DNA from: Alphaproteobacteria bacterium
Lineage (GTDB): Bacteria; Pseudomonadota; Alphaproteobacteria; Rs-D84
Assembly (NCBI GenBank): GCA_017616785.1
Contig: JAFZXK010000022.1
Span: forward strand, 58,516-122,515
DNA: 64,000 nt
Reading direction: 5' to 3'
The translations under genes were made by a program, and so were the position numbers. The notes under the pieces are model-generated. The model was not told where the DNA came from. It saw nothing but the letters and a program-made list of their open reading frames with translations, and did no database searches. This document shows positions 53,934-64,000 of the stretch, in pieces. The first letter of the stretch is position 1. The number at the start of each line of letters is the position of its first letter.

Positions 53934-54309
53934 AATTCTTTTGTTGGTCGGAATGTTTGCGGCGTTTTCCGCGTATGGCGAAACGGATTATATTGATATG
54001 CAAATTCATGAATTGGAAGTGCGGCGCGATGAATTAAAAAAACAAATTGCGGAATGTGAACAAAACACGCGCGGTTACAAAATTGCGGGAATTGCGACGC
54101 TTGGTGCGACCGGTGTCGGTGTTGTTGGAAATATCGCACTGCATAACGAAATAAAAAAAATCGAACAGTCCAAATCGGGTGGTGGATATAGCGGTGCAGG
54201 AAGTGGTGGTATGAAAGTTGATACACTATCACAAGAACAACGTGATGAATCGTCGTGCAGAGAGTTTGAAAAACTTGGAATTGAATTGCCGGAAGAATGT
54301 AAAAAATAA
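53923..54309 (+). CDS. Cassette protein B2 (conserved N-terminal part, unrelated acidic tail)
   Basis: MKSKILLLVGMFAAFSAYGETDYIDMQIHELE... is near-identical to B1 up to GGGYSG and unrelated afterwards. ATG at 53923 preferred over GTG at 53914. Confidence 0.7.
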   Translation: MKSKILLLVGMFAAFSAYGETDYIDMQIHELEVRRDELKKQIAECEQNTRGYKIAGIATLGATGVGVVGNIALHNEIKKIEQSKSGGGYSGAGSGGMKVDTLSQEQRDESSCREFEKLGIELPEECKK

Positions 54310-54333
54310 AACAACAAACAAAAGGAGTAAAAA

Positions 54334-54966
54334 ATGAAAAAAACTTTGTTGTCCGTGGTGGCTGGTTTGGCCGTGGTAAGTGCCGCGAATGCGGGGATAA
54401 AAGAAACGTGTTTGGAACATCCCGATAAATTGGTATGGGTTGAAAAAACGCAACGGTGTATCCCGATAAATCCGTGTAAATCGGATGACGCAACGATACA
54501 AGATGCTTATTGCAATATAACTTTTGCAAAGGTGCAACTTGGTTCAATAGCACAAGGTCAAAAATTAGTAGAGGCGTATCTTGCTAATAATATGAATGTC
54601 AGCGGATCGTACGTAGGAAATCGGCACAGAGATACCAGTTTATTGGGGCAAGATTTTATACCATACGAACTAAACGATGGTGGTTATGTTGTGTTCGAGT
54701 TTGATGATTTGTCAGATATAACAAAATCGCAGATTGCAGATGGAGCTATGAAAGGTGCGTGTTATGTGTTTGGTGGCTCTTATTGGGGAAATGGTAGTTG
54801 TCACCTTGTGGATAGTGACGCGATTTGTGAAGACGTGGCAGAACTTGCGACATCTGTTAGCGATCAAGTTATGCATTGGTCGTTTGATGAGAAGGAACTC
54901 ACCCTATCGGATTCTAGTGATGAAATATTCACTGTAAAGAGATGTGTGATAAGTGTGGTAGAGTAA
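54334..54966 (+). CDS. Cassette protein C2
   Basis: Same signal peptide and Cys-rich N-terminal block as C1. The remainder aligns only weakly (GGYVVFEFDD...GACYVFGG vs GSYMVYKFAD...AYCRAFGG). Confidence 0.7.
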   Translation: MKKTLLSVVAGLAVVSAANAGIKETCLEHPDKLVWVEKTQRCIPINPCKSDDATIQDAYCNITFAKVQLGSIAQGQKLVEAYLANNMNVSGSYVGNRHRDTSLLGQDFIPYELNDGGYVVFEFDDLSDITKSQIADGAMKGACYVFGGSYWGNGSCHLVDSDAICEDVAELATSVSDQVMHWSFDEKELTLSDSSDEIFTVKRCVISVVE

Positions 54967-54989
54967 CGATATTAAATCTTAGAAATATT

Positions 54990-55009
54990 CCCCACCCAAT
55001 CGGGTGGGG
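54990..55009. terminator. Terminator hairpin CCCCACCC-AATC-GGGTGGGG
   Basis: Twin of 21857-21879, between convergent genes. Confidence 0.65.
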
Positions 55010-55013
55010 TTGT

Positions 55014-56672
55014 TTATTTCTCTTCGTCTTTGCCAAGGCCGATGGTTTTTTTAGCGCTGTCCAGTGTGCGAATAAGGGCGCGGCGGATTTTGCCGGATAT
55101 GGTCATTGGTAAACTGTCTACAAATTCAATTACGCGCGGATATTTGTATGCCGCGGTGCGGTTGCGAACATGGTCTTGCAACTGACGCACAAGGACATCC
55201 GTGCCTTGGAAATATTTGTTCAAAACGATTGTCGCCTTGACCGCCATACCGCGCGATGGGTCCGGAATGCCGGTGACAGCAACCTCCCTTACCGCGGGGT
55301 GTTCAAGCAGGACACTTTCAACCTCAAACGGACTTATGCGGTATCCCGATGATTTAATCAAATCATCATTGCGGCCGACGAACCAATAATATCCATCCGA
55401 ATCGCGATATGCGACATCGCCGGTGTGATAATATCCATCACGAAATGCCGCGGCGGTCAGTTTTTCGTTTTTGTGATATTTTTGGAACATTCCAACCGGG
55501 CGGCCGTTTGCAACCGATATGCAGATTTCACCAACCTTGCCATCCGCGACCGGGCGGCCGTCTTCGTCAATAAGTTTTATATCCCATCCGGCGGCGGGCA
55601 TACCCATACTGCCCGGTTTCGGTTTTATCCATTGATTAGTGAACAATTGAACGGTTGTTTCGGTTTGACCGAATCCTTCGTGCAATTCAATTCCCGTCAT
55701 GTCAAGAAAACGTTCATAAACCTCTGGATTTAATGCTTCGCCCGCGACATCGGCCTTTACCAATTTAGAAAGGTCATATTTTGATGCGTCCGCATGAATC
55801 AGCATTTTATAAACCGTTGGCGGCGCGCAGAAAGATGTTACACCGTTATCCGCCATCGCCGCCCAAAGGTCGTGCGCGTTGAAAATACCACTAACATCAA
55901 AAATGAACACAGTCGCGCCCGCAAGCCATTGACCGTACATTTTCCCCCATGAACATTTTGCCCAACCCGATTCGGAAAGTGTGAAATGAACATCGCCGTC
56001 GGTCAACCTTTGCCAAAACACCGCGGTGTTTATATGTCCCAATGGATAAGCGTAATTGTGTGCGACCATTTTTGGCATGTCGGTTGTGCCACTGGTAAAA
56101 TAAATTACCATTGTGTCGGTGTTTTCGTTTGGAACGCGTTCAAATGTGTCAGGCATAGTATTTATCGAATCGGCAATTTCATCGTTTGATATCAACATAA
56201 CATCCGAATCGCCAATCGCAGATTTTATTTCGGGAATAATGTGTCCATCGTCAAAGGCAATGATTGCTTTGCTTTCCGCCGTATCGATTCGGTATTTAAT
56301 ATCTTCGGCCTTTAACTGATTCGTTGACGGAATAGGGATAATGCCGGTTTTGTGCATTGCCATCATCAAAACCCAGTATTCCCAGCGGCGACGCAAGAAT
56401 AATAAAACAGTGTCGCCCTTTTTAAGTCCGCGCGAAACCAAATAATTCGCAACCGCGTTCGACATGCGTGACAGGTCGGAAAAAGTAAAAAACTTTTTAT
56501 CGCCCGAATCGTCAACCCAAATAATCGCCCGCTTTTCCGGCGTTTCGCGCGCGATGACATCGATAACATCGTATGCAAAGTTAAAGTTTTCCGGGACAAT
56601 TGGTGTTCCGTTTTGCAGATAATCTTCGTAATTTTCAAATTTTTCTTTGGTTAAAAAACGCGTCGCGAACAT
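55014..56672 (-). CDS. AMP-forming acyl-CoA synthetase (medium-chain/acetyl-CoA synthetase-like)
   Basis: AMP-binding motifs YFTSGTTDMPKMV and YHTGDVAYRDSDGYYWFVGRNDDLIK. ATG at 56672 after RBS GAGGAAAC. Confidence 0.8.
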   Translation of the reverse strand: MFATRFLTKEKFENYEDYLQNGTPIVPENFNFAYDVIDVIARETPEKRAIIWVDDSGDKKFFTFSDLSRMSNAVANYLVSRGLKKGDTVLLFLRRRWEYWVLMMAMHKTGIIPIPSTNQLKAEDIKYRIDTAESKAIIAFDDGHIIPEIKSAIGDSDVMLISNDEIADSINTMPDTFERVPNENTDTMVIYFTSGTTDMPKMVAHNYAYPLGHINTAVFWQRLTDGDVHFTLSESGWAKCSWGKMYGQWLAGATVFIFDVSGIFNAHDLWAAMADNGVTSFCAPPTVYKMLIHADASKYDLSKLVKADVAGEALNPEVYERFLDMTGIELHEGFGQTETTVQLFTNQWIKPKPGSMGMPAAGWDIKLIDEDGRPVADGKVGEICISVANGRPVGMFQKYHKNEKLTAAAFRDGYYHTGDVAYRDSDGYYWFVGRNDDLIKSSGYRISPFEVESVLLEHPAVREVAVTGIPDPSRGMAVKATIVLNKYFQGTDVLVRQLQDHVRNRTAAYKYPRVIEFVDSLPMTISGKIRRALIRTLDSAKKTIGLGKDEEK

Positions 56673-56767
56673 TGGTTTCCTCTTTTTATTTTTCTTGCCA
56701 ATAATGCTATATTCTGGGAAAAAAACAAGTATAAATGTGTCGCGCAAATAAAAAAATTAAAAAAAAG

Positions 56768-56795
56768 TTGCAAACGAAAATTTATGCTCTACAAT
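56768..56795 (+). promoter_or_regulatory. Promoter for tRNA-Pro (-35 TTGCAA, 16 nt, -10 TACAAT)
   Basis: The hexamers are seen directly, 47 nt upstream of the tRNA. Confidence 0.55.
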
Positions 56796-56841
56796 CGGCT
56801 TGTTCTTAAAAAAAGAACGTTTGTTTGTTGTTGTGTGTGTT

Positions 56842-56918
<77 letters not shown>

Positions 56919-57004
56919 TAAATTAAAATCGCGTCGTCCCCTCGGCGCGGTTTTTGTTTGTTGCGTTTGTTTTTTTATGGTAGAATGTTTATGTATTTGA
57001 TGAT

Positions 57005-57289
57005 ATGACAAAGGGTAATCAAAATATTATTCGTTGGGCTTTGTTAGTACCAGTGTTGGCGCTGGTTTGGTTTCTGGCGTGTTGTTTATCGTTTCTTTCA
57101 TTATTTTTTATGTATGGTTTTGGAAATGACGGAAATGATGTGTCGTTTTTCGTTATTCTGTTCGGTTTGTATATTGTTGCACCGTTTTTTGCTGCGTGGG
57201 GAATTGCGCCAAAATATAAAAAAACGGTGGGTATTTGTGCCGTGATTGTTATTGCATTTTTTCAATTTTTGGTTATTCATAGCATTTGA
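57005..57289 (+). CDS. Small 3-TM membrane protein (IAPKYK family, paralog of 45865-46182)
   Basis: WGIAPKYKK motif; begins 87 nt after tRNA-Pro. Confidence 0.6.
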   Translation: MTKGNQNIIRWALLVPVLALVWFLACCLSFLSLFFMYGFGNDGNDVSFFVILFGLYIVAPFFAAWGIAPKYKKTVGICAVIVIAFFQFLVIHSI

Positions 57290-57341
57290 AGTGTAATCAT
57301 TATTTGCAAAATTATTTTTATTTGTAATAATTCCCACTGTT

Positions 57342-58361
57342 ATGCGGCGGCGCAAAAAGAAAATCTTTACACGTTATATTTTTGGAATTGCGGGAATTAT
57401 GTTTGCCGTGATTTGTTATGCACTTTGCATTCGTTCGACTGTTCGCGAATCGGTTCAATTTAATATAAATTCTGGGGATACGGTTACGTCGGTCGCAAAA
57501 AGATTAGATTCTAAAAAAATCGTATTTTCAGATATGGCGTTTAAGTTCGCGATTCGCATTCGGGGTGGGCGTGTGCAAAGTGGTGAATATGAAATTCCGG
57601 CGGGTGCGTCGGCTTGGAAAATTGCGGGGATGTTTGCGCGCGGAAAAATTGCGACTGTGAAAATTGTTATTCCCGAAGGCCTTACCATTTTGCAAATCAA
57701 AGATTTGTTGCGTGGGTACAAGGCGCTTTCGGGTGATGTTGATTGTAACGATTGGCGCGTGGTTTGTGATATTGCGGATGGTGATATTTTCCCGGATACT
57801 TATTTTGTTGCGCGTGGGACATCGCGTTTGGCGGTGTTAGATTTGGCGCGTAAAAAAATGGAAGAAACCAAGAACAAATGGTTGCGCACGCGGCGAAATC
57901 CGCCGGCGCCGCTTACCGGATGGAATGATGTAATAACACTTGCGTCGATTGTGCAACGCGAAACGCCGCGCGCAAGTGAAATGAAAATTGTGGCCAGTGT
58001 GTATCTGAATCGGCTGCGGCGCGGTATGCGGCTTCAGGCCGACCCGACGGTTATTTACGCGCTAACCGATGGATACGGCGATATGAAAGGTGCGCCATTG
58101 TTGCGCGGGCATTTGAAAATAGATAGTCCGTATAACACATATCGCAATAATGGTTTGCCACCGACACCCATTGCAAATGTTGGGGCGCATGCGATTCGTG
58201 CGGTCTTGGAACCGGCGGATACCAAGTATCTTTATTTCGTAGCCGATGGTCGTGGTGGACATAAGTTTTCGACCGATTATGATACACACTTAAAGAATCA
58301 TGCTGACTGGCGCGAAATAAAAAAATTGAAGAATCCCGAACTCAACTTTGACAATCAGTAA
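57342..58361 (+). CDS. mltG: Endolytic murein transglycosylase MltG (YceG-like)
   Basis: N-terminal TM anchor. IASIVQRETPRASE, LQADPTVIYA and YNTYRNNGLPPTPIAN motifs. Confidence 0.88.
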   Translation: MRRRKKKIFTRYIFGIAGIMFAVICYALCIRSTVRESVQFNINSGDTVTSVAKRLDSKKIVFSDMAFKFAIRIRGGRVQSGEYEIPAGASAWKIAGMFARGKIATVKIVIPEGLTILQIKDLLRGYKALSGDVDCNDWRVVCDIADGDIFPDTYFVARGTSRLAVLDLARKKMEETKNKWLRTRRNPPAPLTGWNDVITLASIVQRETPRASEMKIVASVYLNRLRRGMRLQADPTVIYALTDGYGDMKGAPLLRGHLKIDSPYNTYRNNGLPPTPIANVGAHAIRAVLEPADTKYLYFVADGRGGHKFSTDYDTHLKNHADWREIKKLKNPELNFDNQ

Positions 58362-58601
58362 AGTTTTTTGCGAATCGTTTTTTGAAAAAATTTTTAATTA
58401 TCGCTAAAAAAGTTTTGAATTTGTGCGTGTTTGCGTGTGTGGTAAAAAATACAAACTTAAACCGGCCGGCATTATATCATATTTGGGGTCGATTATCAAA
58501 AATCTTTTTTCTTGAAAAAAATCTTATCCATGGGAAAATATGCTTAGCTAGATAAGGGAAATTTCTAGTTTCCAATTAACAAACAAAGGAAAGGAATGAA
58601 T

Positions 58602-59390
58602 ATGAAAAAAATTGCTTTGACTTCTTTATTAACTATTGCGATGGCGTCCGCCGCACACGCAAGTGTTAATGTTATGGACGGAAATCCGCTGTATATGCCG
58701 AAAGCTGGACATTTTTACAGTGAAACTTCGTTGGGGTCTAATACCAAGACAACCGAAAATTGGGCGTTGGGCGAAGATTTTGGTTATGGTATCACCGATC
58801 GGTTCGCAATCAATTTGGCGACATCTTTGGCCGAAGGTGAATCGTTTGATATATTTGGGTGGAATGGTTTGTCGCTGGGTGCGACATATCGCGTTTTGAA
58901 AGATGGGCATTGGCGCGCAGATTTGGTTGGGTCATATAATATTGATGGTTGGCTGTATGCGTATGATGAAAATGCCGATGATGGTTACTTTATGGAAAAG
59001 GAATTGTTGGATTACACATGGAAGGCGGGTATCCGTGGTGGTTACACAACCGCACGCTTTACCGTTGCCGGTCATGCGATATTTAGTTATGGTAACACGG
59101 AATCATTTAACTGGAACGAAGATGGTGAACATCGTGTCGCGTTCGGTTTGGATGGCCAATACGTGATTGATCGCAATTGGAATTTGGTTGCTGGTATCGA
59201 ATATTCCGGATCAATTGATAACGGTGTGAAAAACAGCGGTCGCTTGATTGGTGATTTCGGTGTGAACTATAACATCGATTCTACGCATTATGTCGGTGCG
59301 TATGTTGCCGGCGAAATGTCCCATAAAACCGGTGATTGGAAATGGCATGAAGGTATGGGATTCGGTGTGAAATTCGGTGTTGATTTCTAA
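58602..59390 (+). CDS. Outer-membrane beta-barrel protein, tandem paralog 1
   Basis: Signal peptide MKKIALTSLLTIAMASAAHA and C-terminus GFGVKFGVDF. Paralog of the next gene. Confidence 0.65.
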   Translation: MKKIALTSLLTIAMASAAHASVNVMDGNPLYMPKAGHFYSETSLGSNTKTTENWALGEDFGYGITDRFAINLATSLAEGESFDIFGWNGLSLGATYRVLKDGHWRADLVGSYNIDGWLYAYDENADDGYFMEKELLDYTWKAGIRGGYTTARFTVAGHAIFSYGNTESFNWNEDGEHRVAFGLDGQYVIDRNWNLVAGIEYSGSIDNGVKNSGRLIGDFGVNYNIDSTHYVGAYVAGEMSHKTGDWKWHEGMGFGVKFGVDF

Positions 59391-59558
59391 GGTAAAAAAT
59401 ATGGATACGCCCCAAACAAAATTCACGGGGCGTATTCATATGCTAAGAAAAAATTCATTTTTTTCTTGAAAGGGTGTTAGGTTTTAGGATAAAATACGTA
59501 CAACTAGATGGGAATAAATTTCTAGTTTCCAAATTAACAAACAAAGAAAGGAATAAAT

Positions 59559-60464
59559 ATGAAAAAAATTGCTTTGACTTCTTTATTGGCTGTTGCGATG
59601 GCGTCCGCCGCGCACGCAAGTGTAAATGTTATCGATGGTAATCCGTTGTATATGCCGACCAAAGGCCATTTTTACAGTGAAACAGCGCTTAGTTCAAATA
59701 CGAACAATGTCGACGAGTGGGCATTGGGTGAAAACTTTGGTTATGGTATTACAGACCGTTTGGCGGTTTCTGTGAATACTTCGGTTAGTGAAGCATACTG
59801 GTTCAAGGGTGTAAAGGGATACAATGAAGACCCAAGACAAGGTGAACCGTATAGTGGCAATGGAAATGCCTGGAATGAATTGGGTGCTGATATCACATGG
59901 CGCGTTATCAATGACAAGGCATGGAAATTGGATGTGATGGGCGGATTTGAAATGGACCCGATTTGGGGCGATCATATTCCGTTCTTGGATAAAGACGCAA
60001 CAATGTACAAATGGGCCGCGGGTGTTCGTGGTGGTTATGTAACCAATGATTGGACATTGTCCGCGCATGCGAATTTTATCTATATGAATACCGAAGCATT
60101 TAATTGGGGCGATGATGATGCAAAGTATATCAACAAATATGGCGAAGAAGGTGAATATTGGGCAAATCATATTTTGAATCTTGGTGTTGCCGGTCATTGG
60201 ACAATGAGTGATACATGGAGTGCGATTGCGTCCTTGGATTATTATAAGGTTTTGGATCGTTACAATGAAGCCGTTGTTGATTATGAATCTAACAAGGGTT
60301 ATTGGGATTTGACATTGGGTCTGAATATGAATATCGATCCGACAAAGTATGTTGGTGCATATGTGACCAAGACCATGATGCGTGGTGAAAACGGGTACCT
60401 TGATGTTAATGATTGGGCCGGTGAAGGTTATGGTTTTGGTCTTAAATTCGGTATCGATTTCTAA
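59559..60464 (+). CDS. Outer-membrane beta-barrel protein, tandem paralog 2
   Basis: Signal peptide MKKIALTSLLAVAMASAAHA and C-terminus GFGLKFGIDF. Confidence 0.65.
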   Translation: MKKIALTSLLAVAMASAAHASVNVIDGNPLYMPTKGHFYSETALSSNTNNVDEWALGENFGYGITDRLAVSVNTSVSEAYWFKGVKGYNEDPRQGEPYSGNGNAWNELGADITWRVINDKAWKLDVMGGFEMDPIWGDHIPFLDKDATMYKWAAGVRGGYVTNDWTLSAHANFIYMNTEAFNWGDDDAKYINKYGEEGEYWANHILNLGVAGHWTMSDTWSAIASLDYYKVLDRYNEAVVDYESNKGYWDLTLGLNMNIDPTKYVGAYVTKTMMRGENGYLDVNDWAGEGYGFGLKFGIDF

Positions 60465-60485
60465 TCATCTGAATAAACAAAAAAA

Positions 60486-60512
60486 CGCCACCCGATTGGG
60501 TGGTGTTTTTTT
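60486..60512 (+). terminator. Intrinsic terminator
   Basis: CGCCACCC-GATT-GGGTGGTG followed by T7. Confidence 0.8.
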
Positions 60513-60592
60513 GTTTAGTGTTAGTGTAAGTGTTTAGTGTAAGTGGTGTGTTTTTCAAATTTCACTATCCACTAACACTCGCACTAACACTT
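60513..60592. repeat. TAGTG-rich imperfect inverted repeat
   Basis: TTTAGTGTTAGTGTAAGTGTTTAGTGTAAGTGG ... CCACTAACACTCGCACTAACAC. Confidence 0.65.
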
Positions 60593-60606
60593 TTTGCTAA
60601 AATTCC

Positions 60607-60635
60607 TTGACAACCGGCAGGTTCGGGGTTATAGT
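60607..60635 (+). promoter_or_regulatory. Promoter of the rpsL operon (-35 TTGACA, 17 nt, -10 TATAGT)
   Basis: Consensus-like hexamers, ~150 nt upstream of rpsL. Confidence 0.65.
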
Positions 60636-60786
60636 ATTGACGCTTTCCGTGTAACAAAGGAAAGTGAAAATTACAGAAAAACGCCGTATTTTGGCAGATT
60701 TATAATTGCGGTTGCGCCGTTCAAAATAAGTCTGATGCGGGTTTTTGTGTAGAAAAAAGGTTAAAAAAATAACAAAGAGATTTTGA

Positions 60787-61158
60787 ATGCCAACTGTAAA
60801 TCAATTGATTCGGAAACCACGTAAGAAAGTCGTCGTGAAATCTACGGCGCCTGATATGTTGGAAAATCCACAAAAACGTGGTGTTTGCACTCGTGTTTAT
60901 ACGACAACACCAAAAAAACCTAATTCGGCGCAACGTAAGGTCGCCCGTGTTAAACTTGCCAACGGACGCGAAGTTACCGCGTATATCCCTGGCGAAGGTC
61001 ATAATTTACAGGAACACAGTGTCGTCATGATTCGTGGCGGCCGTGTAAAGGACTTGCCCGGTGTGAAATATCACATCATTCGTGGTGTCTTGGATACCAA
61101 GGGCGTGGAGAGCAGAAAGCAAGGTCGTTCTTTGTATGGTGCAAAGAAAGCAAAATAA
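60787..61158 (+). CDS. rpsL: 30S ribosomal protein S12
   Basis: [14 protein letters not shown]...[14 protein letters not shown]... Confidence 0.97.
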   Translation: MPTVNQLIRKPRKKVVVKSTAPDMLENPQKRGVCTRVYTTTPKKPNSAQRKVARVKLANGREVTAYIPGEGHNLQEHSVVMIRGGRVKDLPGVKYHIIRGVLDTKGVESRKQGRSLYGAKKAK

Positions 61159-61226
61159 CAGTAACATGCGGGAAACCGTATGAGTAATCCGGGAATTCGG
61201 GTGAAGAAACAAAAAAGGACAAAAAT

Positions 61227-61700
61227 ATGTCAAGACGTAAAGCCGCAACAAAACGCGAAGTTTTGCCAGATTCTAAATATGGTGATGAAGTTGTTGCAAA
61301 GTTTATAAACTGTCTGATGTGGGATGGCAAGAAGGAAGTTGCCGAAAGCATAGTTTATGGTGCAATGGACGATTTGAAAAAAGTTGCGTCCGATGGTGAT
61401 GAATTAAAGGCGTTTCATGATGCATTGGATGCATTGAAACCGTCGGTCGAAGTTAAAAGTCGTCGTGTTGGTGGTGCAACGTATCAGGTTCCGGTCGAAG
61501 TGCGTGCCGATCGTCAACAAACTTTGTCGATTCGTTGGGCGATTCAATATGCGCGTAAACGTGGCGAGCGCGGTATGAGGGCGCGCGTGTTTGGCGAATT
61601 GCGTGATGCGTTGAACGGAACCGGTGGCGCATTCAAAAAGAAAATTGATACACACAAAATGGCAGAGGCGAATAAAGCGTTTGCGCATTTCCGTTGGTAA
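61227..61700 (+). CDS. rpsG: 30S ribosomal protein S7
   Basis: [20 protein letters not shown]...; 157 aa. Confidence 0.97.
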   Translation: MSRRKAATKREVLPDSKYGDEVVAKFINCLMWDGKKEVAESIVYGAMDDLKKVASDGDELKAFHDALDALKPSVEVKSRRVGGATYQVPVEVRADRQQTLSIRWAIQYARKRGERGMRARVFGELRDALNGTGGAFKKKIDTHKMAEANKAFAHFRW

Positions 61701-61721
61701 TATAAAAGAAAAGGAAAGAAA

Positions 61722-63803
61722 ATGTCTGTTGGTAAAACCGCACCATTACATATGTATAGAAACATCGGCATTATGGCACACATTGATGCTGGTAAGACGA
61801 CTACATCTGAACGTATTTTGTTCTATACCGGAAAAACATACAAAATCGGCGAAGTGCATGATGGCGCCGCGACTATGGATTGGATGGAACAAGAACAAGA
61901 ACGTGGCATTACGATTACTTCGGCGGCAACAACATGTTTTTGGCGTGACCATCGTATCAATTTGATTGATACACCGGGGCACGTTGACTTTACAATGGAA
62001 GTGGAACGTTCTTTGCGTGTTTTGGACGGCGCTGTTGCGGTTTTTGAATCTGTGTCTGGTGTGCAACCACAAACTGAAACTGTGTGGCGTCAGGCAGACC
62101 GTTATAATGTTCCGCGTATTTGCTTTATCAATAAGATGGACCGTGTTGGTGGAAATTTCTTCCGCTGTGTTGATATGATTCGCGAACGTTTGGGTGCAAA
62201 TCCGTTGGTGTTGAATTTCCCGATTGGTGCCGAAGCCGATTTCAAGGGTGTTGTTGATGTTCTTGAAATGAAAGGTTTGATTTGGGAAGATGAAACAGGT
62301 TCACATCCAATTACTATCGAAATCCCCGAAGAGTTAAAGGCCAAGGCCGAAGAGTTGCACAACAAATTGATTGAAGAGGTTGTGACACTTGATGACGCCA
62401 TTATGGAAGAATACATGGAAGGTAAAATTCCGGACCACGATACTTTGAAAAAGTTGTTGCGCAAGGGTGTTATTGCACAAAATTTTGTTCCGGTGCTTTG
62501 TGGAACGGCGTTTAAGAACAAAGGTGTTCAACCGTTGTTGGATGCGATTGTTGATTACTTGCCGTCACCGTTGGATGTTCCGGCAATTAAGGGAACCAAG
62601 ATGGACAAGGAAACCGTTGCCGAACGTCATCCGGATCCAAAAGAACCATTTAGTGCGCTGGCGTTCAAAGTTGCAAACGATCCGTTCGTTGGAAATTTGA
62701 TGTTTATTCGTATCTATTCGGGTAAATTGACATCGGGTTCGTACATCTATAATTCGAATCGTGATAAACGCGAACGTGTTGGTCGTATGTTGTTGATGCA
62801 TTCGAATCAACGTGAAGAAATCAAAGAGGCCAGTGCAGGGGATATTATCACATTGGTTGGTATGAAGGAAACGATTACCGGTGATACATTGTGCGATGAA
62901 AATAATCCGATTATTTTGGAAAACATCCATGTTCCGGAACCTGTTATTTCCATTGCCGTTGAACCAAAGACCAAGGCGGATATTGAAAAAATGTCGTTGG
63001 GCTTGCAGGCGTTGGCCAAAGAAGACCCGTCGTTCCGCGTTTCGGTTGATGAAGAATCCGGACAAACGATTTTGGCCGGTGTTGGTGAATTGCACCTTGA
63101 AATTTTGGTTGACCGTTTATTGCGCGAATTCAAGGTTGATGTAAATGTTGGTGAACCGCGTATTGCGTATCGTGAAACTTTCCGCAAACCGGTTACCGAA
63201 GAATATACACATAAGAAACAGTCCGGTGGTTCGGGTCAGTATGCCCAGGTTAAAATTGAATTTGAACCGTTGGAACCGGGCAAAGGTTACGAATTTGAAA
63301 ACAAAATTGTCGGTGGTGCGATTCCAAAAGAATACATCCCCGGGGTTGAAAAAGGATTGAAGATAGCACAACAGACCGGTGTTCTGATTGGCTATCCGAC
63401 TGTGGATTTCAAAGCGACATTGGTTGATGGTAAATATCACGAAGTCGATTCTAATGTGCTCTGCTTTGAAATTGCGGCACGTGCCTGTTTCCGCGAAGCA
63501 ATGAAAAAGGCCGCGCCGAAATTGTTGGAACCGATTATGAAACTTTCGGTTAATACGCCGGAAGAATATGTCGGTGACATCATCGGTGACTTGAACAGCC
63601 GTCGTGGACAAATCAATGGTATTGAAACCCAGTTTGGAAATCAGGTGATTTCTGCGTTCGTTCCACTGGCGAATTTGTTCGGCTATGTCAAGACACTGCG
63701 TTCTTTGTCCCAGGGGCGTGCAAATCCGTATATGGAATTGTCGCACTATGACGAAGTTCCGCAAAATGTCGCAGATGAGGTTATAAAAAAGCTGACAAAG
63801 TAA
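61722..63803 (+). CDS. fusA: Elongation factor G
   Basis: [28 protein letters not shown]; 693 aa. Confidence 0.97.
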   Translation: MSVGKTAPLHMYRNIGIMAHIDAGKTTTSERILFYTGKTYKIGEVHDGAATMDWMEQEQERGITITSAATTCFWRDHRINLIDTPGHVDFTMEVERSLRVLDGAVAVFESVSGVQPQTETVWRQADRYNVPRICFINKMDRVGGNFFRCVDMIRERLGANPLVLNFPIGAEADFKGVVDVLEMKGLIWEDETGSHPITIEIPEELKAKAEELHNKLIEEVVTLDDAIMEEYMEGKIPDHDTLKKLLRKGVIAQNFVPVLCGTAFKNKGVQPLLDAIVDYLPSPLDVPAIKGTKMDKETVAERHPDPKEPFSALAFKVANDPFVGNLMFIRIYSGKLTSGSYIYNSNRDKRERVGRMLLMHSNQREEIKEASAGDIITLVGMKETITGDTLCDENNPIILENIHVPEPVISIAVEPKTKADIEKMSLGLQALAKEDPSFRVSVDEESGQTILAGVGELHLEILVDRLLREFKVDVNVGEPRIAYRETFRKPVTEEYTHKKQSGGSGQYAQVKIEFEPLEPGKGYEFENKIVGGAIPKEYIPGVEKGLKIAQQTGVLIGYPTVDFKATLVDGKYHEVDSNVLCFEIAARACFREAMKKAAPKLLEPIMKLSVNTPEEYVGDIIGDLNSRRGQINGIETQFGNQVISAFVPLANLFGYVKTLRSLSQGRANPYMELSHYDEVPQNVADEVIKKLTK

Positions 63804-63896
63804 AAAAAGTTTAGACATTTGATTTTTTTGATGTAGTATCAAATCTCGGATGTCATAAAAAAAACAATAAATTAACCAAAGCCCAAGGAGAAAACC

Positions 63897-64000
63897 ATGG
63901 CAAAAGAAAAGTATGTAAGAACAAAACCGCACGTCAATATTGGTACTATTGGCCACGTTGACCACGGTAAAACTACATTGACCGCCGCAATCGTGCACTA
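63897..64000 (+). CDS. tuf: Elongation factor Tu (5' part, truncated by window end)
   Basis: [33 protein letters not shown]; RBS AAGGAG. Confidence 0.95.
   Translation, partial: MAKEKYVRTKPHVNIGTIGHVDHGKTTLTAAIVH

Noticed and set aside
53378-54553. A 391-aa ORF antisense to cassette 2. Similar long antisense ORFs occur in fusA (63117-63998), clpB, parE and dnaJ.
   Set aside because: They lie opposite clearly coding genes with recognisable products. They have low-complexity composition and no RBS, typical of shadow ORFs.

Overview
The window is a 64 kb chromosomal segment from a small, roughly 40-45% GC Gram-negative genome. The ParE, S12 and EF-Tu N-termini look alphaproteobacterial, but the lineage cannot be fixed from sequence alone. 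About half is conserved housekeeping: rpsT, plsY, dprA, dnaA, parE, dnaJ, pgsA, uvrC, dnaN, efp, fba, tolB, plsC, ftsEX, clpB, rpmB, tRNA-Leu, rbfA, lepA, acpP, fabF, tRNA-Pro, mltG and rpsL-rpsG-fusA-tuf. The rest is lineage-specific envelope or secreted-protein genes and a dense set of intergenic palindromic repeats. No rRNA, CRISPR array, transposase or intact prophage is visible.

The observations that most deserve follow-up are:
1. A three-gene secreted-protein cassette present twice (20.0-21.9 kb and 53.4-55.0 kb). Both copies share a promoter, a structured leader and gene 5' halves, but their 3' halves have been replaced.
2. A family of large repeat-containing surface proteins at 30.6-41.5 kb, with an operator-like palindrome cluster upstream of one member.
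3. A superfamily of nested-hairpin MITE/REP-like elements showing compensatory stem changes. One array encloses a DUF559 nuclease gene between perfect 60-nt direct repeats.
4. Four tandem paralogous small Cys-containing proteins followed by an integrase-like protein that appears to lack the catalytic residues (49.0-51.4 kb).
5. An RHH antitoxin-like gene paired with a DinD-like gene, with operator repeats over its promoter.

Type IV pilus parts (a TcpQ-like protein, a secretin, and a pilin with Arg at +1) and a VirB2-like pilin are scattered rather than clustered. All functional calls rest on remembered family motifs and were not checked by database search.
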